Assembly (NCBI GenBank): GCA_031431875.1
Contig: JANPEF010000091.1
Coordinates: 35,977 to 99,976 of the forward strand
DNA from: Candidatus Eiseniibacteriota bacterium
Lineage (GTDB): Bacteria; Eisenbacteria; RBG-16-71-46; DASYSL01
Direction: 5' to 3'
DNA length: 64,000 nt
Shown here: in pieces, positions 1 to 9,749 of the stretch
Layout of the letters: each line of letters opens with the position of its first letter
Numbering within the stretch: the stretch's first letter is position 1
Notes under the pieces: generated by a model
Told to the model about the DNA's origin: nothing
The model's database searches: none
The model's input: only the letters and a program-made list of their open reading frames with translations
Position numbers and translations under genes: made by a program

Positions 1-197
1 ACGTGTGCCGCACCACGGGCGATCATGCCGCGCGCCATCTGGCCCAGGCCGGCGCCCAGGTCGAGAACGCGCTCGCCGCCGGCCAGCGCCAGCGCATCGA
101 GTGAGCGCGCGTTGAGCAGCGCATTGAGCTTCGCCAGGCGGTCCTGTTCCGCGGCCGCCGTGCCGTGCACGTAACCCGCATCATCGCGGGCGCTCAT
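1..197 (-). CDS. Class I SAM-dependent methyltransferase, N-terminal part (runs off the window)
   Basis: Manual translation MSARDDAGYVHGTAAAEQDRLAKLNALLNARSLDALALAGGERVLDLGAGLG contains SAM motif I (VLDLGAGLG). Its ATG overlaps the TGA of the upstream gene. Confidence 0.8.
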   Translation of the reverse strand, partial: MSARDDAGYVHGTAAAEQDRLAKLNALLNARSLDALALAGGERVLDLGAGLGQMARGMIARGAAH

Positions 198-634
198 CGG
201 GCGTCCAGCCAGGTGCGATAGGCCTGGATCCCGCCGTCGAGCCACGCCACCTCGCGATAGCCCTCGCGCGACAACGATTGCGCCGCCGCCTGCGCCCGCA
301 GGCCGTCCTTGCAATAGAGGAGTACCGGGCGGTCGCGGTACGCCGTGATCTCGCCGAGACGCGCCGCGAGCTCGGCGTACGGAATCTGCACCGCGCCGTC
401 GAGGTGACCGAGCGGGTCGTTCCATTCCTCGGGCGTGCGCAGGTCGAGCGTGATGCCGCGATCGTTCATCCCGCGCCACAGGTCGACCTCGCTCGCGCGC
501 ACCGCCTGCACATAGCCGGGTGCGGCCGCCGTGGTCGGCGCGGCGACAGGAGCCGGCGCCGGCACGCAGCCGCCGAGCGCGACCAATGCGCCGCCCGCGA
601 CGAGGCTCAGCGCCAGGCTTCGAAAAGACGCCAT
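194..634 (-). CDS. Rhodanese-like domain lipoprotein
   Basis: Lipobox-like LGGC after a hydrophobic stretch; LDLRTPEEW, GHLDGA, LYCKDGLRA and LDGGI rhodanese motifs. Start trimmed to MASFRS. Confidence 0.8.
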   Translation of the reverse strand: MASFRSLALSLVAGGALVALGGCVPAPAPVAAPTTAAAPGYVQAVRASEVDLWRGMNDRGITLDLRTPEEWNDPLGHLDGAVQIPYAELAARLGEITAYRDRPVLLYCKDGLRAQAAAQSLSREGYREVAWLDGGIQAYRTWLDAR

Positions 635-690
635 CTCTGGTAGACTCCTTGTCGATCCGGGTCCCGCCACGGGGCCCGTCGTTCCCAAGC

Positions 691-1584
691 ATGCCACGGA
701 GCGTCGCGGCGAGCACGCGACATCCGGCCCCGACTCCCCGCCAGGAGCGACTCGTGACCGCACAACTTCGGGCCGCCCGCGCGGCGGCCCTCGTCCCGGC
801 TTTCGGGCTGGCCCTCGGCCTGGTGCTCTCGTTCGGCCCGGCGATCGTCGGCCCGGCGCGGGCGCAGGCACCCGGCTGGATCTCACGCGACTCGTCGTCG
901 TTCGAGATCTGGCAGGGCGACCTGCTGCTCGGCACCGAGGAATACCGCGTCTTCCAGGCGGGCGACACCCTGATCATGGGCTCGACACTGCGCCTGCCCG
1001 GCGCACGCCCCGACAGCAAGCTGCCGCTCGAGAAGCGGACGACTTTCCTGCGCCGCGCGCTCGACTCGTATCCGCTCGTCTTCCAGGTGATGGACATCCC
1101 GCGCGACACGACGCGGAGCAAGGGCAGCGCGATCAACGTCACGTTCAGCGACACGACGGCCGTGATCTATCGCGAGATCACGGGCGTGATGGGTCGCGGC
1201 GAGGCGATCGGCCTGCCGCCCGGGCGCATCTACCTGCTCGAGCCGGGCATCTACGCGCAGGTGCAGACGCTGGCCGGCGATTTCCTGGCGACCAAGCAAG
1301 CGAAGCGCCGCCAGCCGGTGCTTATCCCCTCGGCGCAGCAGGTCGTCGAGCTCACGCTCACCCGCGGGCCGGTCGAGCGCCTGGGCAACGAGGGCCATGT
1401 CGTCACCACGACTCGCGTCGACATCACCGACAAGCTGACGCAGCTCGTCGCATGGGTCGACGCCGACGGCCGCATGTGGAAGATGGAGGCGCCTGGCCAG
1501 GGGCTGCGCGTCGAGCGGGCGGTGCCGGCAGGCCCGGCCACGAAGCCGGCGACGAAGCAGAAGGCGGGCGCGAAGAAGGGCTGA
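691..1584 (+). CDS. Secreted hypothetical protein
   Basis: Signal peptide ending ARA-Q, beta-rich body, typical codon usage. Start uncertain. Confidence 0.65.
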   Translation: MPRSVAASTRHPAPTPRQERLVTAQLRAARAAALVPAFGLALGLVLSFGPAIVGPARAQAPGWISRDSSSFEIWQGDLLLGTEEYRVFQAGDTLIMGSTLRLPGARPDSKLPLEKRTTFLRRALDSYPLVFQVMDIPRDTTRSKGSAINVTFSDTTAVIYREITGVMGRGEAIGLPPGRIYLLEPGIYAQVQTLAGDFLATKQAKRRQPVLIPSAQQVVELTLTRGPVERLGNEGHVVTTTRVDITDKLTQLVAWVDADGRMWKMEAPGQGLRVERAVPAGPATKPATKQKAGAKKG

Positions 1585-1620
1585 TCGGCGGGGATCCGGG
1601 TCCCAGCCGTCGATTTTGAA

Positions 1621-1644
1621 TCACACCTTGCCGGTCCGTTCGTA
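1621..1644 (+). promoter_or_regulatory. Putative ECF sigma promoter (TCACA...TTCGTA) upstream of the sigma gene
   Basis: TCACA-N13-TTCGTA. A similar motif (N14) lies at 3399-3423, upstream of the gene after the anti-sigma. Confidence 0.4.
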
Positions 1645-1843
1645 GGTGGAAACGGAGACACCGCGCCACAGGAAAGGTCTGCAGGTCGCATTCAGGTCCC
1701 TGCAATGCGATTCCCCCTGCGAGTCCCCGGGCAACTCGACCCGCCCTCGCGAGATCGTGCCCCGTTCCGGCGGGCGCGGCGCTCCACGATGCGATACGAA
1801 CGGCGGCCAATGCCGTGACCTCGTCGAGGGGACCCCACGCCCG

Positions 1844-2464
1844 ATGGCACAACCCATCAAGGGAATCGTACCTTCGGGCGGCCCCTCGGTGGGCCGGATC
1901 GAGCCCCCTCCCCCGGCTCTTCTCGAGGGAGTGAGGCGGCGCGATCGGGCAGCGCTGTCCTCGTTCTTCGACTGCTACTTCGATCTCGTGCACGGCGTCG
2001 CGTACCGCCTGACCGGAGATCGCACGGCCGCCGAGGATCTCACGCAGGACGTGTTCTACAAGGTGCAGATGGCGGCCCACACCCTCGATCCGACTCGCGA
2101 TCCGGCACCGTGGCTGGTGAGCATCACGCGCAACGCGCTCTACGATCAGCGCCGCTCGGCGCGCGATCGCCTGGCACGGGCGAGCACGTCGCTCGATGCC
2201 GACCCGCTGCTCCGCAATCAGCTGCGGGGAAGCGCGCCATCGCCTGAGGAATCACTGATACGCCAGAAGCGCGACGCGAGTGTGCAGGCTGCGGTCGCAC
2301 GGCTGCCTGAATCGCTGCGCGAAGTGGTCGTCCTGCACACGTTTCTTGGCTGGGGACACGATCGGATCGCCGAGGTGATCGGCGCCAGCCACGCCGCGAC
2401 GCGCAAACGCTATTCGCGGGCCCTGACGGTGCTGGCGGACATGCTCGAGGACCTCGACCGATGA
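1844..2464 (+). CDS. ECF RNA polymerase sigma-70 factor
   Basis: Region 2 (AEDLTQDVF, WLVSITRN) and region 4 (LPESLREVVVL, IAEVIG, RKRYSRA). Confidence 0.9.
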   Translation: MAQPIKGIVPSGGPSVGRIEPPPPALLEGVRRRDRAALSSFFDCYFDLVHGVAYRLTGDRTAAEDLTQDVFYKVQMAAHTLDPTRDPAPWLVSITRNALYDQRRSARDRLARASTSLDADPLLRNQLRGSAPSPEESLIRQKRDASVQAAVARLPESLREVVVLHTFLGWGHDRIAEVIGASHAATRKRYSRALTVLADMLEDLDR

Positions 2465-3396
2465 GCGACGATTCGGTGCGCCCCGATGATCGCCAACCAG
2501 CGGACGCTCCCCCGACGCCCCGTGAACAGCGGGTCGAGGCGATGGCGCGATCGCTCGCGCCTCCGCCGTCCGATCCGGAGTTTCGGGAGCGGCTGCGCGA
2601 TCAATTCGCGGGATCGAGGGTCGCTCCCACCGCGCCGGCGGCACCGCCTCCGCCCGGGCGCTCCCGGAGCGCCATGCTGCGACCCCGTTTCTCGCGCCGA
2701 CGCTCGATTCTCGCGCTCGCCGGCGCGCTGGCCGCGGGCATCGCGATCGTCGCCCTGCTGCGTTTCAATGGTCGCCTGCACGAACCCGGGGTGATCGAGA
2801 ACGCGTCGCCGGTCGCCTACGACACGGCACCGGGCGAGCTGACGGATGATGGATTGCTGCTCGTCGATGGGCTCGAGGTCGCGGTGGCGGACGTCCGTGC
2901 CGGGCGTAGGCGAATCCTTGCCGGGCAGGACGTCGAACTGCGTGGAACGCTGCCGCTCGAACTCGTCTGGGATGACGTGCTCGCAATCGAACTCGTTCCC
3001 GGTTCACGCTGCACCCTTCCGGGAGGCACAGGCGGTGCGGGTGACGAATCGGCGACGGAGTTGCACGGCCACATCGCCCGCGGCGAGGTGCGCATCGTGA
3101 CCGGCCCGGGCTTCAGCGGACGGACGTTGACCATCGAGAGCGACGACGCGAGCGTCCACGTCGTCGGCACGACGTTTGCCGTGATCCGCGACTCCGCCGG
3201 CACATGCGTCTGCGTGGAGGACGGCGTGACGCAAATCCGCTCGCGCGAAGGAAACCAGGGCGGGCGGGTCGTCGCCGGACGGCGGCTGCAGCTCTTCGAC
3301 GACTTCCGCCCGCCCGTCGACAGCCCGATCCGCCCCGAGGAAGCGATGAAACTCGGTATGCTGCGCGATCGCGCCGGAAGCCGCTTCGTTCCCTGA
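2461..3396 (+). CDS. FecR-domain anti-sigma factor
   Basis: ATGA overlap with the sigma gene, one TM helix, FecR-like VHVVGTTFAV...VCVEDG. Confidence 0.8.
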   Translation: MSDDSVRPDDRQPADAPPTPREQRVEAMARSLAPPPSDPEFRERLRDQFAGSRVAPTAPAAPPPPGRSRSAMLRPRFSRRRSILALAGALAAGIAIVALLRFNGRLHEPGVIENASPVAYDTAPGELTDDGLLLVDGLEVAVADVRAGRRRILAGQDVELRGTLPLELVWDDVLAIELVPGSRCTLPGGTGGAGDESATELHGHIARGEVRIVTGPGFSGRTLTIESDDASVHVVGTTFAVIRDSAGTCVCVEDGVTQIRSREGNQGGRVVAGRRLQLFDDFRPPVDSPIRPEEAMKLGMLRDRAGSRFVP

Positions 3397-3398
3397 AG

Positions 3399-3423
3399 TC
3401 ACAAGCCCTCGTGCAGTTTCGTA
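3399..3423 (+). promoter_or_regulatory. Putative ECF sigma promoter for the beta-helix gene
   Basis: TCACA-N14-TTCGTA, matching the motif at 1621. Confidence 0.4.
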
Positions 3424-3516
3424 TTCCCATGTGCGGCCGCGCTTCCTGCCCGTCGCTTCCCGACGGGCCCCGTCCAGCTCATCGCTTTCGCACTTCCACT
3501 TGGAAGGGGATTTCCC

Positions 3517-4338
3517 ATGCTCCGCTCGCACGCCGTCACCGCACGCTCGTCCATCGCAGCGCCGGCAAGCCTGTTCGCCGGTCTCGTGCTCACGCTATTC
3601 GCAGCTGCTCCCGCCGAACCCGCAGCGACCGTCACCCCAATCACCGGGCCGACCGTGATCAGCGAACCGGGTGACTACGTGGTGACCTCGGACTTCACCG
3701 TCACGGATCCCGCAGGCGATGCCATCGTCATCCGGGCGAGCAACGTCCGGCTCTCGCTGGGCGGCCGGACGATCACCGGCCCGGGCAACAAGCAGGGCCG
3801 CGGCATCGTCCTCGAGGGCGCCACCAACGTGAGCGTCGAGGGCGGGTCCGTGCGCACGTTCGGGATCGGGATCGCCCTGATCGGCACGCGCCGGTCGAGT
3901 GTCTCCAACGTGGCGGTCGAGGGCGCGGACGAGTTCGCCGATCCGCCGGCGATCGCGCCGCAGATCGGTGTGCTGCTCGTCAACTCCGCGATGAACACGA
4001 TCCGCGGCAATCGGCTGGAGCGCGTCAACCTGGGCATTTTCGTCCGCGGGGCGCAGAGCTACGAGAACCGCATCCAGCAGAATGCGGCGACAGCGGGATT
4101 CAACGGCCTGCTCGGAATCTGCTACAACCCCGCCGCGGGGGAGGGCGCCGTCGGGCCGCAGCGCGACCAGGTGCAGCAGAACACGATCGACGGTTTCCCC
4201 AAGGGAATCCAGGCCAGCGACGAATCGACGAACAATCGCTTCGTGGCCAATGTCATCCGCTTCACCGATGTTGCCTACGAGGATCGCAACGGCTCGAATC
4301 AATTCGTCGGCAATCGCTCGACGGATCTCACGCCGTAG
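3517..4338 (+). CDS. Secreted right-handed parallel beta-helix (NosD/PbH1-like) protein
   Basis: Signal peptide; ISEPGDYVV, IVIRASNVRLSLGGRTITG; Asn-rich repeats. Confidence 0.8.
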   Translation: MLRSHAVTARSSIAAPASLFAGLVLTLFAAAPAEPAATVTPITGPTVISEPGDYVVTSDFTVTDPAGDAIVIRASNVRLSLGGRTITGPGNKQGRGIVLEGATNVSVEGGSVRTFGIGIALIGTRRSSVSNVAVEGADEFADPPAIAPQIGVLLVNSAMNTIRGNRLERVNLGIFVRGAQSYENRIQQNAATAGFNGLLGICYNPAAGEGAVGPQRDQVQQNTIDGFPKGIQASDESTNNRFVANVIRFTDVAYEDRNGSNQFVGNRSTDLTP

Positions 4339-4368
4339 GCAACGGACTTCGCCCGGACGCGAAATGGA

Positions 4369-4408
4369 GACGGCGGCGGCGCTCCGGGTGGAGCCGCCGC
4401 CGCCGTTT
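4369..4408. terminator. Hairpin terminator between convergent genes
   Basis: ACGGCGGCGGC(G)CTCC-GGGT-GGAG-CCGCCGCCGCCGT stem between two stop codons. Confidence 0.6.
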
Positions 4409-4427
4409 CGCCCTTTCGACGCGGGCC

Positions 4428-5939
4428 CTACTTCTTCGCCGCCGCCCGCTCGACGTAATCCACCAGCAGGCGCACGCCAAAACCCACGGCGCCCTTCGGG
4501 CCATAGGGCTTGTCGCGGTCGTTCCACGCCACGCCGGCGATGTCGAGATGGACCCACGGATAGCCCTGCGCGAACTGGGCGAGGAACATCGCACCCGCGA
4601 TCGTCCCGCCCTCACGGCCGGCCGAGTTCTTCATGTCGGCGATGTCGCTGCGCAGGAGCTCGTTGTACTCGGGCCAGGTCGGCAGCTGCCACAGCCGCTC
4701 GCCGGTGCGCTTGCCCGACTCGATCACGTCGTCGACCAGGTCTTGATCGTTGCCCATGATCCCCGCGCACTGCGAGCCGAGCGCGACCACCACGGCGCCG
4801 GTCAGCGTGGCCAGGTCGATCACCGCGTCGGGCTTGTAGCGATGGGCGTACGACAGAGCGTCGGACAGGACGAGCCGGCCCTCGGCGTCGGTGTTGTTGA
4901 CCTCGATCGTCAGGCCGTTCGAGGCGGTGAGCACGTCGCCCGGCTTGAGCGCCTTGCCGCCGGGCATGTTCTCGGCCGCGGCGACCAGGCCGATGACGCG
5001 CACGCCCGCCGGACGCAGCTTGCCGAGCGCGTGCATCGCGCCGAGCACGGCGGCGCCACCCGACATGTCGTACTTCATCTTCTCCATCGAGTCGGCGGGC
5101 TTGAGCGAGATGCCACCGGTGTCGAACGTGATGCCCTTGCCGACGATGCAGATGGTCTTCCTGACCCGGCCCCTGGGCTTGTAGTCGACGACGATGAAGC
5201 GCGGCGGCTGCGCCGAACCCCGACCCACGCCGAGAAGCGCGCCCATCTTCATGCGCTTCATCTCGAGCGGCCCGAAGATCGTGGCCCTGAGCTGCGCCGA
5301 CGTGCCCGCGATCGTGCGCGCCGCCGTGGCCAGGTCGGCCGGCGTCATGTCCTGGCCCGGATGGCTGGACAGGTCGCGCGTGATGACGACGCTGGCGGAC
5401 AGCGTCTCGCCCTTCTTCGCGCCTCGCGTGACGGCGGCGAGCTTCGCCTTGTCCGCTTCGACGACGATGAGCGACTTGACCTGGCGCTTGCGATCCTTGT
5501 CCTGCGTAAGGTAGTGGCCGAACACGTAGTTGCCCAGCACCGAGCCCTCGACGACCGCCTGCGCGGCGAGGTCGGCGTCGAGCGCGCCCTTGCCGGCGCC
5601 GTGCGCGACGGTGGCCAGCGTCTTCACGCCGAGCATGCGGGCGCGCGTGACGGCGGTGCCGGCGGCCTGGCGGACGCGCTCGGCATCGACGCCCTTCTCG
5701 GCGCCGAGGCCGACGACGATCAGCCGCGCGAGGCGGCCGGTCGTCGGATAGAGGACGACGCACTGTCCGGCCTTGCCGGCGAAGTCGCCGCTCTTGAGCA
5801 GTTCGCGGATCGCGCCGCCGGCGGCCTTGTCGACCGCCTGCGCCGCGCCCGACGGGCGGCTGGTGCCTTCGAAGAAGCCGAGCACGAGCGCGTCGGCGGC
5901 GACACGTTCGGCGGCGCCACCGCGAACGACGATCTGCAT
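4428..5939 (-). CDS. pepA: Leucyl aminopeptidase (M17)
   Basis: VGKGITFDTGGISLK, MKYDMSG, NTDAEGRLVL, DLATLTGA and WVHLDIAG motifs. Start MQIVVRG. Confidence 0.95.
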   Translation of the reverse strand: MQIVVRGGAAERVAADALVLGFFEGTSRPSGAAQAVDKAAGGAIRELLKSGDFAGKAGQCVVLYPTTGRLARLIVVGLGAEKGVDAERVRQAAGTAVTRARMLGVKTLATVAHGAGKGALDADLAAQAVVEGSVLGNYVFGHYLTQDKDRKRQVKSLIVVEADKAKLAAVTRGAKKGETLSASVVITRDLSSHPGQDMTPADLATAARTIAGTSAQLRATIFGPLEMKRMKMGALLGVGRGSAQPPRFIVVDYKPRGRVRKTICIVGKGITFDTGGISLKPADSMEKMKYDMSGGAAVLGAMHALGKLRPAGVRVIGLVAAAENMPGGKALKPGDVLTASNGLTIEVNNTDAEGRLVLSDALSYAHRYKPDAVIDLATLTGAVVVALGSQCAGIMGNDQDLVDDVIESGKRTGERLWQLPTWPEYNELLRSDIADMKNSAGREGGTIAGAMFLAQFAQGYPWVHLDIAGVAWNDRDKPYGPKGAVGFGVRLLVDYVERAAAKK

Positions 5940-6144
5940 GAGCGAGCCTCCATCCTGGATGACGGGCAACGGTGGATCCCGGGGGAATGCGGGCGGCGGG
6001 ACCGCCCGACAACCTGCACAGAACACGGGATTTGCCGCGCCAAGTCAAGCGCGGGATGGGGCTTGTCGCCGCACGCAGCCTGCGCGATCCTCGCTCCGTC
6101 CGCCGTCGCGCATTTTCTTCTCTCTTCCGTTGCGAGGATCCGCC

Positions 6145-6858
6145 GTGTCGACTCCGAGCCCCGCTGCATCCCGCCCGCGCGCCCTCGTCACCGGGGGGAA
6201 CGGCAATCTCGGCGAGGCCGTCGCGCGCCTCCTGCAGCGCGCCGAGTACGAAGTGCACATCACCGTGCAGGACCAGCGAACGCGCGCCGAGTTCGCCTTC
6301 GGCCTGATCCAGGCCGACATCCACGTGCACGTCGTCGACCTCACCGATCCTTCCGCGGTGGCAAAGCTCGCGACCGAGATCGGCGGCCCGCTCGAGGCGC
6401 TGGTCTCGACGGTCGGCGGTTTCGCCGGCGGGCCATTCGCGGACATGGATCCCGCGCTCTTCGACCAGCAGTACTCGCTCAACCTCAAGACCACGCTGCT
6501 CACGCTGCACGCCATGTACCCGCTACTCAAGGCGAGCCCGGGCGGCAGCTCGGTCGTGCTGGTCGGCAATCGCCCCGCACTGTCGGCGGGTCCCGGCGTC
6601 GCCGTCTCGTCCGCGATGAAGGCCGCCGTCATCCACCTGGCGAAGAGCCTGGCCAAGGAGTGGAAGCCCGACGGCATCACCGTCAACGCGATCGCGCCCG
6701 GCGTCATGGACACGCCGCAGAACCGCCGCGACATGCCCGACGCGGATTCCTCGGGCTGGCCCACGCCGGGACAGGTCGCCGAGGTCGTCGCCTTCCTGCT
6801 CTCGGGTGCGGGCTCGATCGTCTCGGGCGCGGTCGTGCCCGTGTTCGGACGGTCGTAG
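6145..6858 (+). CDS. SDR family oxidoreductase
   Basis: ALVTGGNGNLG, VNAIAPG. The YxxxK position reads SxxxK. GTG start assumed. Confidence 0.85.
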   Translation: MSTPSPAASRPRALVTGGNGNLGEAVARLLQRAEYEVHITVQDQRTRAEFAFGLIQADIHVHVVDLTDPSAVAKLATEIGGPLEALVSTVGGFAGGPFADMDPALFDQQYSLNLKTTLLTLHAMYPLLKASPGGSSVVLVGNRPALSAGPGVAVSSAMKAAVIHLAKSLAKEWKPDGITVNAIAPGVMDTPQNRRDMPDADSSGWPTPGQVAEVVAFLLSGAGSIVSGAVVPVFGRS

Positions 6859-6861
6859 CGC

Positions 6862-7692
6862 TTGGCCGCCACGCCCCGCATCTCGATCATCGTCAGCCAC
6901 TTCGATCGTCGCCGCTGCCTGTCCGAGGCGCTCGATTCGATCGCCGCGCAGACCCGGCGCGACTTCGAGGTGATCGTCGTCAGCGATGCCGGGCCACGCG
7001 GCTCGGCCGCGGTCGTCGAGGCATTCGCCGCCGCCCACGCCGGCGCGTTCACCGCGCGCTTCGTGCGCCGCGAGCTCAACGGTGGCGTGGCCGCGACGCG
7101 CAACACGGGCGTCGCCGCGGCGGAGGGCACGCTGATCGCGTATCTCGACGACGACGATCGCTGGCGGCCCTCCCATCTGGCCGAGCTCGTGCGCGCGCTC
7201 GAGCGCACGCCGGACGCCGCGCTCGCCTACGGCGATGCCGAGGTGCAGCGCCTCGAACCGATCGACGCGCGGGGCGGACGCGCCCCCGACGGCGACCTCG
7301 ATCCGTGGACCTGGCGTGTCGCGGCCCGGCTGCCGCTGGCGGTGCCGTTCGCTGTCGACGACCTGCGCCGCGACGACTTCATCGTGCCCGGCGGCATGCT
7401 GCACCCCCGCGCGTTGTACGACGCCGTCGGCCCGTTCGACGAGTCGCTCTATGTTTCCGACGACTGGGACTGGCTGCTGAGGGTTCTTGCCGCACGCGGC
7501 CCCGGCGCGTTCGTGCGCGCGCCGCTCCCGGTGGTCGACGTGCGCATCTGGAGCGCGGCCGGGGCGAACCTGTCGGCCGACTCCGGCGCCCGCCGCCGCG
7601 CCGCCCTGGCCACGATCGAGCAGCGCCACGGCACCCCGCCGCTGGCGCCGAAGACGTTCTGGGAGGTGGCCGAGACGTACGCTGCGCGCTGA
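6862..7692 (+). CDS. Glycosyltransferase family 2
   Basis: ISIIV, FEVIVVSD, GVAATRNTG, IAYLDDDD, DWDWLLR. Confidence 0.9.
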   Translation: MAATPRISIIVSHFDRRRCLSEALDSIAAQTRRDFEVIVVSDAGPRGSAAVVEAFAAAHAGAFTARFVRRELNGGVAATRNTGVAAAEGTLIAYLDDDDRWRPSHLAELVRALERTPDAALAYGDAEVQRLEPIDARGGRAPDGDLDPWTWRVAARLPLAVPFAVDDLRRDDFIVPGGMLHPRALYDAVGPFDESLYVSDDWDWLLRVLAARGPGAFVRAPLPVVDVRIWSAAGANLSADSGARRRAALATIEQRHGTPPLAPKTFWEVAETYAAR

Positions 7693-7759
7693 GCTCTCGC
7701 CGGGATCCCCAGTCACTTGTCGAAAGCTTGTCTGGCCGGCGGCCATCTGTGGGACCAGA

Positions 7760-7784
7760 ATGACCAGAATCTGATTCTGGTCAT
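7760..7784. promoter_or_regulatory. Probable TetR operator (perfect 12-1-12 palindrome)
   Basis: ATGACCAGAATC-T-GATTCTGGTCAT, 22 nt upstream of the TetR ATG, with an extra GACCAGAAT half-site just before it. Confidence 0.75.
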
Positions 7785-7806
7785 CACGCACCCGGGGGAG
7801 TCGTTC

Positions 7807-8472
7807 ATGCCCGCCACCAGCCGCCCCTTCGCTGCCGAGTCCGCGACGGCCGACCGCATCCTCGATGCGGCCGATCGCCTGCTGGGCCGCTTCGGCTATC
7901 GCAAGATGACCGTGGACGACCTGGCCCGCGAGGCCGGGATCGGCAAAGGCACGGTCTACCTGAGCTTTCGCAGCAAAGAGGAGATCGCGCTCGCCTGCAT
8001 CGACCGCATGGCCGGCCGCCTGCGCATTCGCCTGGAGTCCATCGCCGCCGAGGCCGGTCCGCCGGCCGACCGGCTGCGCCGTATCCTCGTCCTGCGCGTC
8101 ATGCACCGCTTCGACTACGCGCGCGGCCATTCGGCGCGGCTCGACGAGTTGCTGGCGGCGATCCGCACCGAGCTCATCGCCCGCCGCACGCGACACTTCG
8201 CGGCCGAAGCCACGATCGTCGCGAGCGTGATCGCCGGAGCGGGAATCCCGCGCATCGATCCGAATGCCGCCGCCGAGGCCATGATCACGGCCACGAACGC
8301 GCTCCTGCCCTACAGCCTGAGCGCGCGCGAGCTGGGCCGGCGCGCCGAGATCGAGACGCGCGCCATCACCGTCGCCGAACTCGTCGTGCGTGGAATCGTC
8401 GCGCCGACCGCCGCTTCGTCCCGTCCGCCGTCCATTCCCGAGCCCCCGCGTCCCCGGAGGAATCCGTCATGA
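7807..8472 (+). CDS. TetR/AcrR family transcriptional regulator
   Basis: RILDAADRLL..GYRKMTVDDLAREAGIGKGTVYLSFRSKEEI HTH. Confidence 0.92.
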   Translation: MPATSRPFAAESATADRILDAADRLLGRFGYRKMTVDDLAREAGIGKGTVYLSFRSKEEIALACIDRMAGRLRIRLESIAAEAGPPADRLRRILVLRVMHRFDYARGHSARLDELLAAIRTELIARRTRHFAAEATIVASVIAGAGIPRIDPNAAAEAMITATNALLPYSLSARELGRRAEIETRAITVAELVVRGIVAPTAASSRPPSIPEPPRPRRNPS

Positions 8473-9650
8473 TTCGCGTCTTTCGTCATTTCTCGTCGTT
8501 CAGCCTACTCGCCGCGACCGTCTTCGCCTCGCTGGCGCTCGGCGTTGTGCCCGCCACCGCACAGTTCGGCGCCCCGCCCGCGGACCAGCCGGATCTCCTG
8601 GTCGATCGCGCGACGTCGCGCGCCGTCGTCGAGAGCCTCGCGGTGAAGGTCGAAGCCGAGTACGTGTTCCCCGACGTCGCCAGGAGGGTGGCGAAGGGCC
8701 TGCGCGACCGGGCGAAGCGGGGCCGCTACGACTCGATCGGCCAGGCGAAGGAGTTGTCCGACACGCTGAACGCCGACCTGCGGACGCTGGCGCACGACCT
8801 GCACCTGCGCCTGCACTACTCGAGTCGCCCGCTTCCCGCGACCGCACCGAACGCGGGCTCGAACGCGGATCACCTGCCCGACCCGGCCGAGCAGGTGCGC
8901 GTTGCCGCGCAGGCCCGGCGCATGAACCACGGCTTCGACAGGGTGCAGCGCCTGGCCGGCAATGTCGGCTACCTGGAGCTGCGCGCCTTCGACGGCTCGC
9001 CGGACGCGGGCAAGACTGCGATCGCGGCTCTCGAGTTCCTCAAGAACTCGGATGCACTCATCTTCGACCTGCGCCGCAACGGCGGCGGCGACCCGAACAT
9101 GATCGTTCTGCTGCTCAGCCACCTGTACAACGGGGAGGACCGCGTGCACGTGAACGACTTCTACGAGCGTCGCGACGACCGCACCGTCGAGTACTGGACT
9201 TCGACGACCGTGCCCGGCCCGCGCTTCGACGGCAAGGAGGTCTTCGTCCTGACCAGCCGGCGCACCGGCTCGGCGGCCGAGGAGTTCGCCTACGACATCA
9301 AGAACCTCAAGCGCGGCACACTGGTCGGCGAAGTGACCGCCGGCGGCGCAAACCCCGGCGGCCTGTTCCGCCTCAACGACAACTTCGCGGCGTTCATCGC
9401 CACCGGGCGCGCGATCAGCCCGGTCACGAAGACCAACTGGGAAGGTGTGGGCGTCGCCCCCGACGTTGCCACGAGCGCCGACGAGGCGCTGAAGACCGCG
9501 CACGTCATGGCGCTGACGAACCTGCAGGCGAAGGCGACCGATCCGGAGCTGAAGGGGATGTACGACCGCGCGCTCGACCAGGCGAAGAACGCGCCGGTGG
9601 AGCCGGTGGCCGGGCTCGGCGGGCCGGCAGGCCCGGCGGCGAAGCGCTGA
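8469..9650 (+). CDS. S41 family peptidase (secreted)
   Basis: Signal peptide; GNVGYLEL, LIFDLRRNGGG, TGSAAEEFAY, VGEVTAGGA, WEGVGVAPD. Confidence 0.92.
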   Translation: MIRVFRHFSSFSLLAATVFASLALGVVPATAQFGAPPADQPDLLVDRATSRAVVESLAVKVEAEYVFPDVARRVAKGLRDRAKRGRYDSIGQAKELSDTLNADLRTLAHDLHLRLHYSSRPLPATAPNAGSNADHLPDPAEQVRVAAQARRMNHGFDRVQRLAGNVGYLELRAFDGSPDAGKTAIAALEFLKNSDALIFDLRRNGGGDPNMIVLLLSHLYNGEDRVHVNDFYERRDDRTVEYWTSTTVPGPRFDGKEVFVLTSRRTGSAAEEFAYDIKNLKRGTLVGEVTAGGANPGGLFRLNDNFAAFIATGRAISPVTKTNWEGVGVAPDVATSADEALKTAHVMALTNLQAKATDPELKGMYDRALDQAKNAPVEPVAGLGGPAGPAAKR

Positions 9651-9676
9651 TCGCAGCTTCGCGCGCGGAGTAACGA

Positions 9677-9711
9677 AAGGGCGCCCGCCGAGTCGACTCG
9701 GGGGCGCCCTC
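9677..9711. terminator. Hairpin terminator between convergent genes
   Basis: AGGGCGCCC-GCCGAGTCGACTCGG-GGGCGCCCT stem. Confidence 0.6.
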
Positions 9712-9749
9712 CCTTCCGTCTCCGGGCCGCGGTCGCGGTCTCCGACTCG

